A stretch of 63,961 bases of DNA, counting the filler, from Octopus bimaculoides (Eukaryota), in the NCBI RefSeq assembly GCF_001194135.2. It is 5 parts of 5 records of this genome, joined end to end, with 100 filler letters (N's around TTAATTAATTAA, not from the genome) between each part and the next. Parts side by side here need not be neighbours in the genome. Positions count along the whole stretch, not along the records: positions 1 to 30,940 come from NC_068987.1; 4 more parts are not named here. The stretch is one strand, 5' to 3'. The notes under the pieces were generated by a model that was given only the letters and a program-made list of their open reading frames with translations, ran no database searches and had not been told where the DNA came from. A program made the position numbers and the translations under genes. This document shows, piece after piece, positions 12,179-24,927 of this stretch (positions are counted from its first letter, which is position 1; each line of letters opens with the position of its first letter).

Positions 12179-12624
12179 CACGGAGGCTGCATTTGTCTGG
12201 CTGAGTGCGTAAGTTATTAATATTGGCATAATGGCTCTCCCTAGACACAACAAAATGATTTTTGTTTTTTTGAAGAATAAACTTCGTCGGTCAAAATCAA
12301 TAAAAATAGGTTTTACAAAGTAAAAACTCCCGGCTATTCAGCAATAATAGAATAGTGTAAACTGACCATTCTTTCTCATTCGCTCTACTAAGGTCAAACT
12401 TAAAGATTCACTAAATGTAAAAGGTGTCGTTTTATCTAGCCAAACAAAAAACACGTTCATATTATACATGAAGATATTCAAATATGCAGAATCTCAGAAA
12501 TTCAGATTATTAAAGTTCTCTATATAATTCAAAGTTTCATATTTGATTTAAGACAGGATGTTGTGAACATGTGAGCAAATTAAACTGCGGACATCCTTAG
12601 CATGTATGTATTCAAAAGAAAAAT

Positions 12625-12872
12625 AAAGTTCCTTTCCGAATCATAACGACTCAAGGCTAGTTTCCCGCTTTCCATGGCATATATATTCCCCTTCTGGACA
12701 GTCCATCGGTCCGTCTCAGGTTTACTCAGTTTTGCCAGCTGAGTGGGCTGGAGCAACGTAAAATAAAGTGTTTTGCTCAAGAACACAATACATCGCCCAG
12801 TCCAGGAATTGAAACCACAATTTTACGATCATTAGCCCAATACCCTAATCACTAAGCCGCCTGCCTACACAT
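12625..12872 (-). mobile_element. tRNA-derived SINE with CORE-like box and V-domain-like 3' part
   Basis: Head GGCTTAGTGATTAGGG...GGTTTCAATTCC, CORE-like box, then CGATGGACTGTCCAGAAGGGG...GGAAAGCGGGAAAC. Confidence 0.65.
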
Positions 12873-12925
12873 GTATGTATGTATGTATGTATGTATGTAT
12901 GTATGTATGTATGTATGTATGTATG
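12873..12925. repeat. (ATGT)n microsatellite
   Basis: Direct reading. Confidence 0.95.
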
Positions 12926-13459
12926 CTTGTACTTTTCAACTATTCGTATTATTTCTGTAAAGAACAGGTTTCTAACAACGAGACAAAGCTGCGTCAAGAA
13001 ATTTTGGATTACAACAATAATGATGAGTTACATATTGAACTTCAGGAACGTTTTGCGTAATTTTCCATGTTCCACTTTCAAATTGTAACTGCTATTTGCT
13101 TGCTGCTGGTCAGTATCTGCCTAAATACCTCGAGTTTAAAGATTGATGTATAGACATTAATTAAGATAACCAAGCGCATCACTAATTGAGGGCATAAATG
13201 TAAATTTTAAATCTAATATAGGATAATCGATATTTCGAAGTGACTTTGAATTGTCACTTTCTCTCTGCTGGGTAATTAATTACTACATGTAATTTTCTTT
13301 TCTGTCTCAGGCAAGAGTATGTAGCTAGTTAAATATGCAAATTTTCATTGGAATAAATCAGCAATATTCATTGTACTAATAAGTATGTATTTAGCAACAG
13401 AATTATTTTATGCTTTCCTACAGATGATATTATATATTGCATTGGATGGTAAAATATCT

Positions 13460-13664
13460 GTTTCAAACTTTGACACAATGCCAGCAATTTCGAGGGAGGT
13501 GGATAATCGATTAGATCGACCCAGTGCTTGATTGGTACATAATTTTATCGACCTAGAAAGGATAAAAGGATTTCAGCGAAATTTGAACTCAGAACGTAAA
13601 GACGGACGAAATGCCGCTAAGCATTTTGACCGGCGTGCGAACGATTCTGCCAACTTGCCGCCTT
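13460..13664 (-). mobile_element. SINE family M
   Basis: Similarity to 17242-17485 and 54893-55117. Confidence 0.8.
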
Positions 13665-13814
13665 AAGGTAATATATTAATGGTATTATTCAGCAACTGGT
13701 GATCACGTGTTATAAGGTCCGCAGAAATATAAATGATCGGCAGTTCTTCGCCACGTGACTGGCTTTCTTGTTTGGTTTGAGAAATGCTTCTGATAACGAC
13801 AGTCAGTTTGGCAT

Positions 13815-14052
13815 AACTACCTACCTACCTACCTACCTACCTACCTACCTACCTACCTGCCTACATACATACATAAACACACACACATATACACACACAC
13901 TGACAGAGAGTCAACTCTTAAAGGTCAGTAAGATAGCCGTCATAAAAGTATGCATTCATATATGTATGTATGTATGCATGTATGTATGCATGTATGTATG
14001 TATGTATGCACGTATGTATGAGTGTATTTATGTATGCATGTACGTATGTATT
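13815..14052. repeat. (CTAC)n, (CA)n and (ATGT)n microsatellite cluster
   Basis: Direct reading. Confidence 0.85.
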
Positions 14053-14453
14053 TAGGAAAAATAAATGCAGAAATGCATCTAAACTGATAAACAGGTGAAA
14101 AGATATAGACAAGAAAGTAAATATAGAAACATTTTATCTATTCGCTCACTTCATCAATGTTTTTCACTAAGTATGTATGCACGCGCGTGCAAGATTTAAT
14201 AATAATGGAAAAATTGACACAGAATTGCACTCACATAGAAACACAGTTCTTTTTACTTATAACTCATTCTCCTAAAAACCGACTGTTTTAAAATTCAAAA
14301 TCGTTTCTTGTCTAATGCGTTCATACATTCTATTTTTACACCTGTATGTCCGTTTAGCACTTCACTACATTCCATTGTTTAATTCACTTGGAAATTTTTT
14401 TCTGTCTTCGTCCTACTTCTCGTATATGTGCGTGGGCGTGTGAATGTATGTTG

Positions 14454-14454
<1 letters not shown>

Positions 14455-14524
<70 letters not shown>

Positions 14525-14560
14525 TATATATATATATATATGTATGTATATATATATGTA
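14455..14560. repeat. (TA)n(CA)n(TA)n compound microsatellite
   Basis: Direct reading. Confidence 0.95.
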
Positions 14561-15260
14561 CACACCACACGGACGCACTAACATACATATGCACAAATAC
14601 ATTAACACATATCTGTACCCGATTTCCAGTTTTTGCCTTTTTATTTAAATCTCAAATATATAACTAACTATCTCTGAAATAGATAAAATAAAATAAAATA
14701 AATGAAAAGAATTTTCTCTCATCGCGAAATATATAAATAAACTAGGATTCATAATACTAGAACCTTACCCTGTGCAGTCATATACTGTTTATTTTTTTAA
14801 ATTTCTGTACATTACTCATTTTCTCCATCTCCCTATCTCAACTGCGAATCTCTTTTTGTGTATTTCAATCACAATAGCCTTGTTGTTCACTTCAACATCT
14901 CCTGAAGCAACAGATAAAATAAAATTATTCCATATTAACATTACTTTCAAGTGACTTCGTAAACACAAACAGGCAATACAAATATACATGTATATATACA
15001 TATGCATGTATATATATATACATATATGCATGTATATATATATATATATATATATATATNNNNNNNNNNNNNNNNNNNNNNNNNNNNNNNNNNNNNNNNN
15101 NNNNNNNNNNNNNNNNNNNNNNNNNNNNNNNNNNNNNNNNNNNNNNNNNNNNNNNNNNNNNNNNNNNNNNNNNNNNNNNNNNNNNNNNNNNNNNNNNNNN
15201 NNNNNNNNNNNNNNNNNNNNNNNNNNNNNNNNNNNNNNNNNNNNNNNNNNNNNNNNNNNN

Positions 15261-15307
<47 letters not shown>

Positions 15308-15689
15308 ACATATATCAATATGTGTATCTATTCATATGTATGCATACATATATATATGTATATATGCTTACATTTGTGTGTGTATGAGAGACAAAGAAAA
15401 AAGAGAGAGCGAGAGAGTCAAAGACTGAGACGGAGGGAAAGAAACTGCTTGCATGGGAATGCGTATGTATTAATGCAAGCATAAAAACCATAATACAATG
15501 GCACAAGTGGGTGTGTATTTGTTTGGGAAATTGTTTACTTTTGAGAATTTTCGAGGGGTAAAGATGTACACTTCCAGCTCCATAATGTCGGAACTCCATT
15601 GACCAAGAAACTTTCCACAAAATCTTGGATTATTAAGAAAAAATAACAATACAGTAATGGATTTTAAAAGATAAGAACACAAACTAATC

Positions 15690-15890
15690 CTTTGTAATAT
15701 AGGCGCAAAAACATTTCGGGGTTAGGGGTGCTCGATTACATCGGCCCTGTATTAAGCTGGTGCTTATTTTACCGACACCGAAGTACTGAAAGTTTACGTT
15801 TCTGACGAAATTTGAACTCTGAAAGATAAGACGGACAAAATGTTGCTAAGTATTTTGTCCGGTGTCCGAATTACCATGCCAATACGTCTT
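15690..15890 (-). mobile_element. SINE family M, decayed
   Basis: CGATTACATCG, GCTTATTTTACCGAC, GAAATTTGAACTCTG. Confidence 0.65.
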
Positions 15891-15904
15891 AGAAGAACGT
15901 ATTA

Positions 15905-16070
15905 TAATCCTTACTGCTATTGGCACAAGGCCTTAAATTTTGGGTGAGGTTGCTAGTCGATTACATGGACCCCACTGTCCAACTCGTACTTATTTCATCG
16001 ACTACGAAAGGATGACCGGGAAAGTCGACCTCAGCAGAATTTGAACTCAGAGTGTAAAGACGAACGAAAT
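15905..16070 (-). mobile_element. SINE family M, decayed, tandem to previous copy
   Basis: GGCACAAGGCC, GTCGATTACAT, GAAAGTCGACCTCAGCAGAATTTGAACTCAG. Confidence 0.7.
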
Positions 16071-16179
16071 ATAAGAACACAGAATAACGAGGTCTTTATT
16101 ATGATATCACATATTTATCATATTAGTTCAAGTATTACATGCAAACACACTGTCATGCACTATTAGACATGTATACCTA

Positions 16180-16211
<32 letters not shown>

Positions 16212-17241
16212 NNNNNNNNNNNNNNNNNNNNNNNNNNNNNNNNNNNNNNNNNNNNNNNNNNNNNNNNNNNNNNNNNNNNNNNNNNNNNNNNNNNNNNNNN
16301 NNNNNNNNNNNNNNNNNNNNNNNNNNNNNNNGAGGACAACTTTCATGATTTGGGGGTGGGTGTGGGGGTGGGGGCTCCTAGACTAACAGGAGGAAGCGAA
16401 TTAGTTATAATCTCACTGGGCACCTGATCGGAATGCTTACATTAAAATGAATGCCTTTAAAGTCACACAAAGATGAGGTGCTGTGAGATTGGGCAATTGG
16501 ATAATTCTATGAAGCAAATTCTTACACAGTTCCAAGGCTATAATAGAAAACACTTTCCCAAGCTGCTGCTGTGTCGAGCTAGTTCGTAGTTTAAAACAAA
16601 GTTCGTTGTTTAGAACAAAGTTATTTCATACATACATTTACACATACATGTGCACGCACATGCTCATTTATGTATTTGTATGTTTATAAATATGCATGTA
16701 TATATTTGTCTTATTAGCATGTAACCTTATGCAAACATTTCTAATAAATTGACATTTTCTTCTCAAAGTAAGAAAACAAAACCCTAGCAATATTCTCTAG
16801 TTTTTCGCATGCTTCAGGCGAAACCGAATTGTGATAAGAGCGGACAGTAACAGCAGGGGCATGTTTCCATCTTACTGAACCTCATCAATAGGGCAGAGAC
16901 AACAGACAACTGCTTGATGAATAAACAAGCTCTTACATTATTCATATCTTCTGCTTAAGTACACCCACCTGTTAGTTGATCAAGCGGGTTTGTGTTGTCT
17001 ACGTTTCGCTTACGAAATCAAATAGATTGAAGCACGCACACTATTGTTAATGTTCTGCCGACAGAGAAGAGATTTTACATGAAGCATGGAAAGTTATGTT
17101 TCGTTATTAATTTATTGAATATTTTCCCTCTTTTGTTTGCGTGTCGCTATGTTTGCAACGAGATTTTGCTTTTTTTTTCTTCAAATAAGAGGATAATGTC
17201 AATTCCTTAAAAAGTTTTGTGCATAGAAAATATTGTTTCCC

Positions 17242-17485
17242 ACGAAAGTGGCGAGCTGGCAGAAACGTTAGCACGCCGGGCGAAATGCTTAGCAGTATTT
17301 CGTCTGCCGCTACGTTCTGAGTTCAAATTCCGCCGAGGTCGACTTTGCCTTTCATCCTTTCGGGGTCGATTAGATAAGTACCAGTTACGCACTGGAGTCG
17401 ATATAATCGACTTAATCCGTTAATTCGTTTGTCTGTCCTTGTTTGTACCCTCTGTGTGTAGCCCCTTGTGGGCAGTAAAGAAATA
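17242..17485 (+). mobile_element. Full-length SINE family M (tRNA head plus Meta-domain-like core) with 17-bp TSD
   Basis: GGCGAGCTGGCAGAAACGTTAGC...GAGTTCAAATTCC, core GCCTTTCATCCTTTCGGGGTCGAT; TSD AGAAAATATTGT(T/C)TCCC at 17225-17241 and 17486-17502. Confidence 0.9.
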
Positions 17486-19031
17486 AGAAAATATTGTCTC
17501 CCTTATGCATTATGCTAGTCAAAAAAAAGTAGAATGTCTTTTAATGAATTTAACGTTGAACTGTTTACTCTATTAAACAGATAATTCGCATAGTATAGGA
17601 ACGATGCATAAGATGTGTAAAGAAGAGTATGATTGATAGAGTGTTTAGATGATAATAAATCTATCTTCAAAACAGGAATACTATAGCAAATTTCAATTCA
17701 GGGTGTTAGTAAGCAAATACACAAATGCTCTTTCTTCAGATCACAGGAGGGTAAATATGTTAATCGATCCAGAAAATTGGCGTAAATATGTTTTAGATTA
17801 GATGTGGAGTTTGATATTGAATTATCACTGACTGGCCTTCAGGGATGCTTTACTGGTAGGATTTAAATGTAAAATGCTTGGCTGTTATGTAGTAGGTGTG
17901 AACATACTGTAAGTTACATTAATGCGTAAATTTATAAATTGATAAGCTGAAATTATTTCATTTAATCTATTCATTTATTTTCTTATTTTATATAAATCTA
18001 AATTGTTTAACCACCCGGCATGATGCTTCTTGCCAAATCTTCAAAGTAGACAATTTATCTTCATTTACATGGAAACGATTTTAGGAAGTTTCCTAACAGT
18101 CTTAAACGTTTAACTCAATAGAAGCAATTCCACGCTTTTAAATATATGTAAGATGAACGTTCTAATGTAATAAAATAGCTATTAACCGATAGTTTCACCC
18201 AAACGATTATGTAATAATTTGTAGTTATGTTAATTACCTGTCTGTCAGTGTATAACAGGATTTGTAAAACTCTGAAAAATCTTTCCTCTGGTTAGTAGCA
18301 TATTTTTAGTTCGTGCGTCCGAAACCCAAGGAGGTCAAGTTTATGTGTGTGTTTAGTATCGTTACGCCAGAAAGAAAATATTTATCGTGAATAAAATAAG
18401 TAGCGAAATGTTAGCTTCTCGTACAAAGATTTGTGACTGGAAATTATGTTAATTTATATTATATTGCGTTTTATTTTTAGTGTATTGTTTATTGCTTTGC
18501 TTTCAATAATATTACGCTCATTCCCAAAATAAATGTACTATAGTCATTAGAACCAGTTTTGGCAATCTGTGACGTAAAATTAAAAAGTAATGGATAACTG
18601 TATAAATAAATAATAATTTTGTACTATTCGGATTTAGCAATATACATTATCTTAACATATAAAATAGGATATATGTTGGAGTTTAATACGTTCTAGGCCA
18701 CAAGATACTTAAAATTTTGCGATGTGTAACATCTTTTTGGTAAGGTCATAAGTTGTACAACCTATTCAGAAATTTGTTCGTTTCCGCTCTTTGTAGGAAA
18801 AATAAGGACAGTATATACCCACAAATATCCGAACAAAAATTGGATAAACTGACATTAAATAATTATTCACATGGCTTAATGATCTAAATTAGAAGAGAAT
18901 ACTGAAAGATAGAAACTTAGAATTCAATTTTAGGTTCTACAATTGTTTTGTTTTCTCTATTTTTTTGCGCATTTTTATGATACTGAAGTTCACCTGTTTT
19001 CTAAATTTCGTGAATGCAACAATTCTCATTC

Positions 19032-19322
19032 TTCAGTTGATCCGATCAACGATGCATCCTGCTCGTGAAATTAACGTGCCAGTAGCTGAACACTCCACAG
19101 ACATGCGTCCATTACGTAGTTCTCAGGGAAATTCAGCGCGATACGGAATGTGATAAGGCTGGCACTTTAAAATACAGGTACTACTTATTTTTGTCAGCTG
19201 AGTTGACTGCAGCAACATGGAATAAAGTATCTTGCTCAAGGTCACAATGCGTCACCAGAAATCGAACTCACGAACTTACGATTGTGAACCGAATACCGTT
19301 ACCACTAAACTTCGGGCCTTCA
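19032..19322 (-). mobile_element. tRNA-derived SINE: CORE-like box plus family-A central domain
   Basis: Same architecture as 5595-5880. Confidence 0.75.
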
Positions 19323-20589
19323 CTCATGCATATATATACATACTTATCGCTGTATATATGTATGAGTGCTGATAGCGATGTTTGGGATGTTTGACTAGTC
19401 TCTAGGAAATCCCAACAACATTAAATACTGGTGCTATAAAAATGAAGTGAATAAGGCTGCAGTTCGATAGTGAAATACCGACGCAAAAACAAATACCGAT
19501 TTGGTCCCTGTTCAGTAAAGTACATCTTATGTTTAATCACTATTTTACCACTAAAATATCGTCAAGATAGAACCTTCCAACGCAGAAAAGTGTGTCCGTG
19601 TATAAATACAAACAGTTTATCTGTTATTGTTCACTTACATACATCAACACAAGGAATATTGGGAGAACGTTCCCATCAAAACGTCTGTCACGTGCTAATA
19701 TAACAGGCCTGAGATATGCATTTTGAACAGGAAGAAATGTTATATACAGTCATGTAGGTTAGATGCTCTGCCGATATGAACATGTCTTCGAAAATTAGTG
19801 AGACGGAGAATATCTAAAGTCAACCGCTTCGAGATCCACAGATCCTCTCTTATAATTATAATTCACATTTATACTATTAACCATTGGTACACTTGTTTAG
19901 GTTAGTAAATATCTAAACGACAATCTGGAAACAAAAAAAAGAAAAAAAAGATTTGGGAGCAAAAAAGAGACTGGTTAACACGCACTTTACAGATACAATT
20001 TAAACGAAACGGTAAAAAACAAAAAAAACAGGGTCTAACTAAAGTTCAGTATGTAACAATTATTGCTGCTGTTATCCAAATTCCAATGTTGGAGCTTTGT
20101 TTTATTGTTAGAAATCAGATTCCTCCCTTGCAGGGAAAATACTAACAAATATGTAAAATACATGTACAACCATACGTGTGTGTGTTTATGTGTGTTTACT
20201 GATATTATAGAGATATTATTGATTGGGCAGCAATGCATGATTTGATAGCATATTATTAATTTTCCATGTTTGAAACCGTCATATCTATTGTTACTTTCGT
20301 CTCATAACCCATGTTCATTCCATTGATTACTGCAATTTAAAAGCATCGTAATAGAATTTATGGTAAAGGTTTCTAAACCGTTAGGCTTTATTTTCAATTC
20401 CAATGTTTAAATAATACTTGCAGCTGACCTGGAACTCGTCCGAATTGATTCATGCCTAATGTAATATAATACAAAATGTAGTATGATATAATATAATATA
20501 ATATGATATAATGTAATGTAATATAATATAATATAATACAATACATACATACAATCACGTGAATTCTAAAAGCTTTGTGTTACTTCTTA

Positions 20590-23220
20590 TGGCTTTTCAC
20601 ACTCTGTGCGTTCAAATCCAAAGCAATTCTGGTATATAAAAGTGAAACCCATAGGGAAGACACTCCAAACCAGGTGATTGACAACGTGTGCCATCGACCA
20701 TTGTTTCCCGTATGTCCGTGGCCGCTATCAGCTTTTAGCAACACTCTGATCTCTTGCTGAAAGTTGCAGTCGGCGTCACAGGTAGGCATAGAAATGTATT
20801 CTGCGTTCGGGTTTGTCATACGTCTCGAATGGTCAACCAAAGTGCTGCTGAAATGCTTTACGCGTTTGCTTGGGGTCGCGTAGCATGCGTCCGTTATGGT
20901 ACATTAAAGACCGAATTGTGACTTTGTTTCCACATTGTACCTCCACTACTAAGGTCCATCGAACAGCTTTCATCCACCCGTGTCTTCGAGCTCGCACATT
21001 ATCTCTGACAAAACAAGTTTTTTTACTTCACGTTGAAGAATTGGTCGAAGGCCATTCACACCGCGAGTACGTCGATTGCGATGTCTGCTAAGCGCCTCTT
21101 CTAAGCTTCTAAGTTTTCCATTGTTCCGTTTATCCAATCACTACGATTTTACTAAACCGAAACGATTCTATTTTAATCACCCTTTTCAGAACGAACCACC
21201 TTTTATTGATGATGATTGCCCCCGTCATCATCTGCATGACTGATTCGTTCATCCAGTTTCTAGATTACCAAATCAGTCATGCAGGGAGGGACGCGTTCAG
21301 CTTCAAGTAACTGGCTCCCTGCCTACGAACCTGCCAAGGTTGACCGTACGGGGGATTATTTGCGGTCTGTGTAGCTGACCACATTAAATTGTGGACAACC
21401 CATGCCATCTCTGTCTAATGGCCCTTTAAATAGCTGTGTAGATACGATCTAGATGTTGTTTGTCCACATTAACACATTCGGGAAATTCAGTTGAAAATTG
21501 TCAGGTAATTGGAAACATATGAACTGGTCTGTGAGTCTTTTGCACTCCCGTCTCTTATCAGCCAGCCCCACAAACACCTTGCGTGCATCCAGGATACGAT
21601 TCAATCAATCATTAGTATTAAAGAACGGGCGTTCCAAATAAAGACTCAAGACCCTGAAGAAATTATCACGTGCATTTATACTGCCTATTCTGAGTTTGGA
21701 GGAGGTATTGAGAAAAATATAATTATCTTATTTCAGTGGAAGGTCATGTGTTCCGTCCTTCCGATTACATATGGTTGTTTCTTCAAGCATTTCTTTATAG
21801 CCTTTATTTATAGTCCCTCGAAATCTCCTGCTCCCTTGATTTATTTTGCTTTCAATTTGTTGTTAGGTTTCTTGTGTTGTTTGTATTATGTTTATACGAG
21901 TAGGGATGTTATGTGGTGTGACGTATTTATTGCGAGTAGTGTTTGTGTACTGATGTATTCGTTTGATTAAGTCTTTGCTATTTGTGTCTATGGCCGTATA
22001 ATTGATGAAAGGGTTTCTGTTTGTTCGGCTTGGAGAAGCTGTTCATGTTGGTGTGGATTGAGTTGCGTTTCCATTTGCTTTGTTGTAATGTTTGTAATGT
22101 AGGCGGTGTTTTCAGTGTTGGAAACATTTCTAGCTGTATCGCTTGCTTTGTATCTGGTGCAACGCATTTCATTTTCCACTTTTTTCTCTTCCTCTTCGCA
22201 GTTATCCTTTCTGATGATTCTTTCGAATTGATTTCCTTGGGAGGTGAGTTTTCGCAGCCGGATAAATGTCTCCAGGAAGGGATATCTTTGTGTCTGTAGC
22301 TTGGTTGATTGGTGAGGGTGAAATGTTTTTGGGTTTTGGTGGTGTTTCTGGTATTTGTTCTGGAATGTAGCGTTGAAGACTACTGCTATTGTTGTTTAGT
22401 GTATTTCTCTTGTTCATTCCGTTTAATGTTGCCTATCTTGATACTGCTACTCTTGGCGCTGTTGATGCCGACAATACTGCTGAAGTTTTGCTGACATTGC
22501 TGTAGTAATGAAGGCGTTGATAGCAGAGGAGGTCTTTCTTTATTCACGCAGCTCTTATGTAGTTTGCATCCCCACATAAATAGCATATATATTTTCTCTC
22601 CTCAGCTATAATGAAAAGCTGAAAGTCATTTCGGAGATTGATATGATCATGAATGGTCCCAATGTTTTCTTGGTCTGTTTCAATTAATAGTTATATCCAT
22701 GAGCTTCTCTAAGATTCCGTTGCAAGTCAAAAGACTTGCAGAATACTCGTATTGTTTTTACTATGCCGTATATTACGACCTCTACAACCAAGGAGATATC
22801 TGCTTCAGATTTTACCTTAACTCTTTATATTTTTATCACTCTCCGACCGAGGTACGTTGTAGTCAGAAACAGTTCGACAATTATTAGTGTTGTTGAATTT
22901 TCCTTCGCTTCCCCTTCTGTTTGAAACCATCTCAGCTGTGCTAATTGTCTCACTCGAACAACAAATGATTTTCACCTCAAACCGTTTTTTAGGTACTTGT
23001 CAACGTGAGCGAGCGTCACTCGCTCAAGCCACATTCTTCTGAGTCTAATACATGTGTATGGTATTAATTTACTCTAGATCTCGTTTGAATTTGCTGCAAT
23101 GTGTTTAGGCATATTGTCCAACCGTTTTTCGTAAGATATGTTTTTACATTTTGTCTTAGTTCTTCTGGTAGTAGAACAGATTTGAATTTTCTGCAAACAT
23201 TTTCGAAGTCATTTCAACTT
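20590..23220 (-). mobile_element. Decayed L1/Tx1-like LINE: putative ORF1 region, APE endonuclease and linker, RT missing
   Basis: LRIGSINARD (21694-21665), GASYLKLNASL (21319-21281), NKRWFVLKRVIKIESFRFS (~21205-21145) and SPGLECLPYGF (~20690-20650); the middle two match GSGYWKLNTSL and NKWWYTLKRAIKYESIRFS in 61302-61860. 5' boundary and ORF1 assignment are tentative. Confidence 0.7.
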
Positions 23221-23509
23221 TGTTTGCTATAGTCCTTGTTTACCATGTTTATAGTATTTATTTGTTTGCTAGAAGAGGCACGAGTCATGTTAAATTCAAT
23301 GTTTTTTTCATCGTTGTCATTGTAGTTATTGCTGTTACAGGTATTGTCTTTCGTACGTTGTCATTTAGCTCTATTAGGTGGCGGTGGGGAACTATTTTCA
23401 TAGTGGCTCTTCCAAGAGTAACTTCCTGCCCAATTTGAGAAGCCGTACCGATTTCTTTCAGATATGTAACATAGCAATCATAAGTTACAACAACAACAAC
23501 AGTAATAAT

Positions 23510-23654
23510 TGTTTCAAATTTTGGCATAAGGCCAGCATGTTCAGCGAAGGTGGAATCGATCTCGGCGGAATTTGAATCCAGAACGTAAAGACGTTCGAAA
23601 TGCCGCTAAGCGTTTTTCCCTACGTATTAACGATTCCGCCAGCTCTCCGCCTTA
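23510..23654 (-). mobile_element. SINE family M, internally deleted, next to (CAA)n
   Basis: CTCGGCGGAATTTGAATCCAGAACGTAAAGAC...AACGATTCCGCCAGCTCTCCGCC. Confidence 0.75.
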
Positions 23655-24224
23655 ACGACGACAACAACAACAACAACAGCAACAACAATTATTATTATAA
23701 TCAACCTTGCGTGAAACTGTAGTGAATGAAAATAAAATAATATAGAAAATAATAAAAATATATTTACTGTATTCAAATATTTGGTATGCCATAAATTTTT
23801 CTAGTTACATATCATATATATATANNNNNNNNNNNNNNNNNNNNNNNNNNNNNNNNNNNNNNNNNNNNNNNNNNNNNNNNNNNNNNNNNNNNNNNNNNNN
23901 NNNNNNNNNNNNNNNNNNNNNNNNNNNNNNNNNNNNNNNNNNNNNNNNNNNNNNNNNNNNNNNNNNNNNNNNNNNNNNNNNNNNNNNNNNNNNNNNNNNN
24001 NNNNNNNNNNNNNNNNNNNNNNNNNNNNNNNNNNNNNNNNNNNNNNNNNNNNNNNNNCCCTCACACACATACATCCACATATATAAAGATTAAATTTACT
24101 TAATGCGTTTGCCTAGAATTGATGTTATGAATTCCATCAATAACGCAATTCTTAAGTTATGTAGGAACCGACCTACTTGTGTATTGATTCGGCTCAATAT
24201 AATAATTTATAAACATACAATTAC

Positions 24225-24295
<71 letters not shown>

Positions 24296-24927
24296 TGCCG
24301 TTGTGTGTTGATATATTTGTATGCATACCAAAAATGTGCATACATCAGCGTTCTGATATCTGCGTGTTTTTCTATAATTATCATTAGCCAATATTTGTTA
24401 TAAAATTGAATTGTTCTGTACTTTAGTATTTTATTTCAATACGTTAGTGAAACAATATGTATATTTTAATATGATTAATATATCACGTGCTAAAATACAT
24501 TTTGATGAAGTTATTCTAAATTCGTTTTACCTTATTCGTAGTAATTCTTAACGGATCCATATACTTAATAAAATTGAATATGGAACTCAATTTTGCACAT
24601 TACAAAGCTTGCTAAAGTACAATGTAGGCATAAAGTTTTAGGAATGATGACATTTTCTAATCGATAGATTTATGAATATACATACATGCTACCCATGCGG
24701 TAGTAAAAACCGTTGAAGAATTCGCCCAGAAGGACTTCAAGAACAAAAACAACAACAAAAATCTAGAGGTGATGCATGTTCTAAAGAGGCACAGTTATAT
24801 GGAACGACGTTGCAACATAGGCACTTCTAAAAATATCATCCCGTCTGCATTGCCGAAAGCTAGCCAAGAGACCCAACAATGTATGTATGTATGTATGTAT
24901 GTATGCACGTATATGTATATAAATGCA

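Noticed and set aside
12966-13054. Exon-like VSNNETKLRQEILDYNNNDELHIELQERFA
   Set aside because: A homologous sequence occurs inverted at ~20040-20125 and resembles decayed SINE 3' ends, so it is a repeat remnant
13311-13450. 6-nt micro-exon (CAG|GCAAGA|GTATGT) plus a following short exon
   Set aside because: Splice-like motifs only; no recognisable peptide or consistent gene model
15802-15830. CTGACGA...GAAA hammerhead-like spacing
   Set aside because: No stem II; lies within a decayed family M SINE
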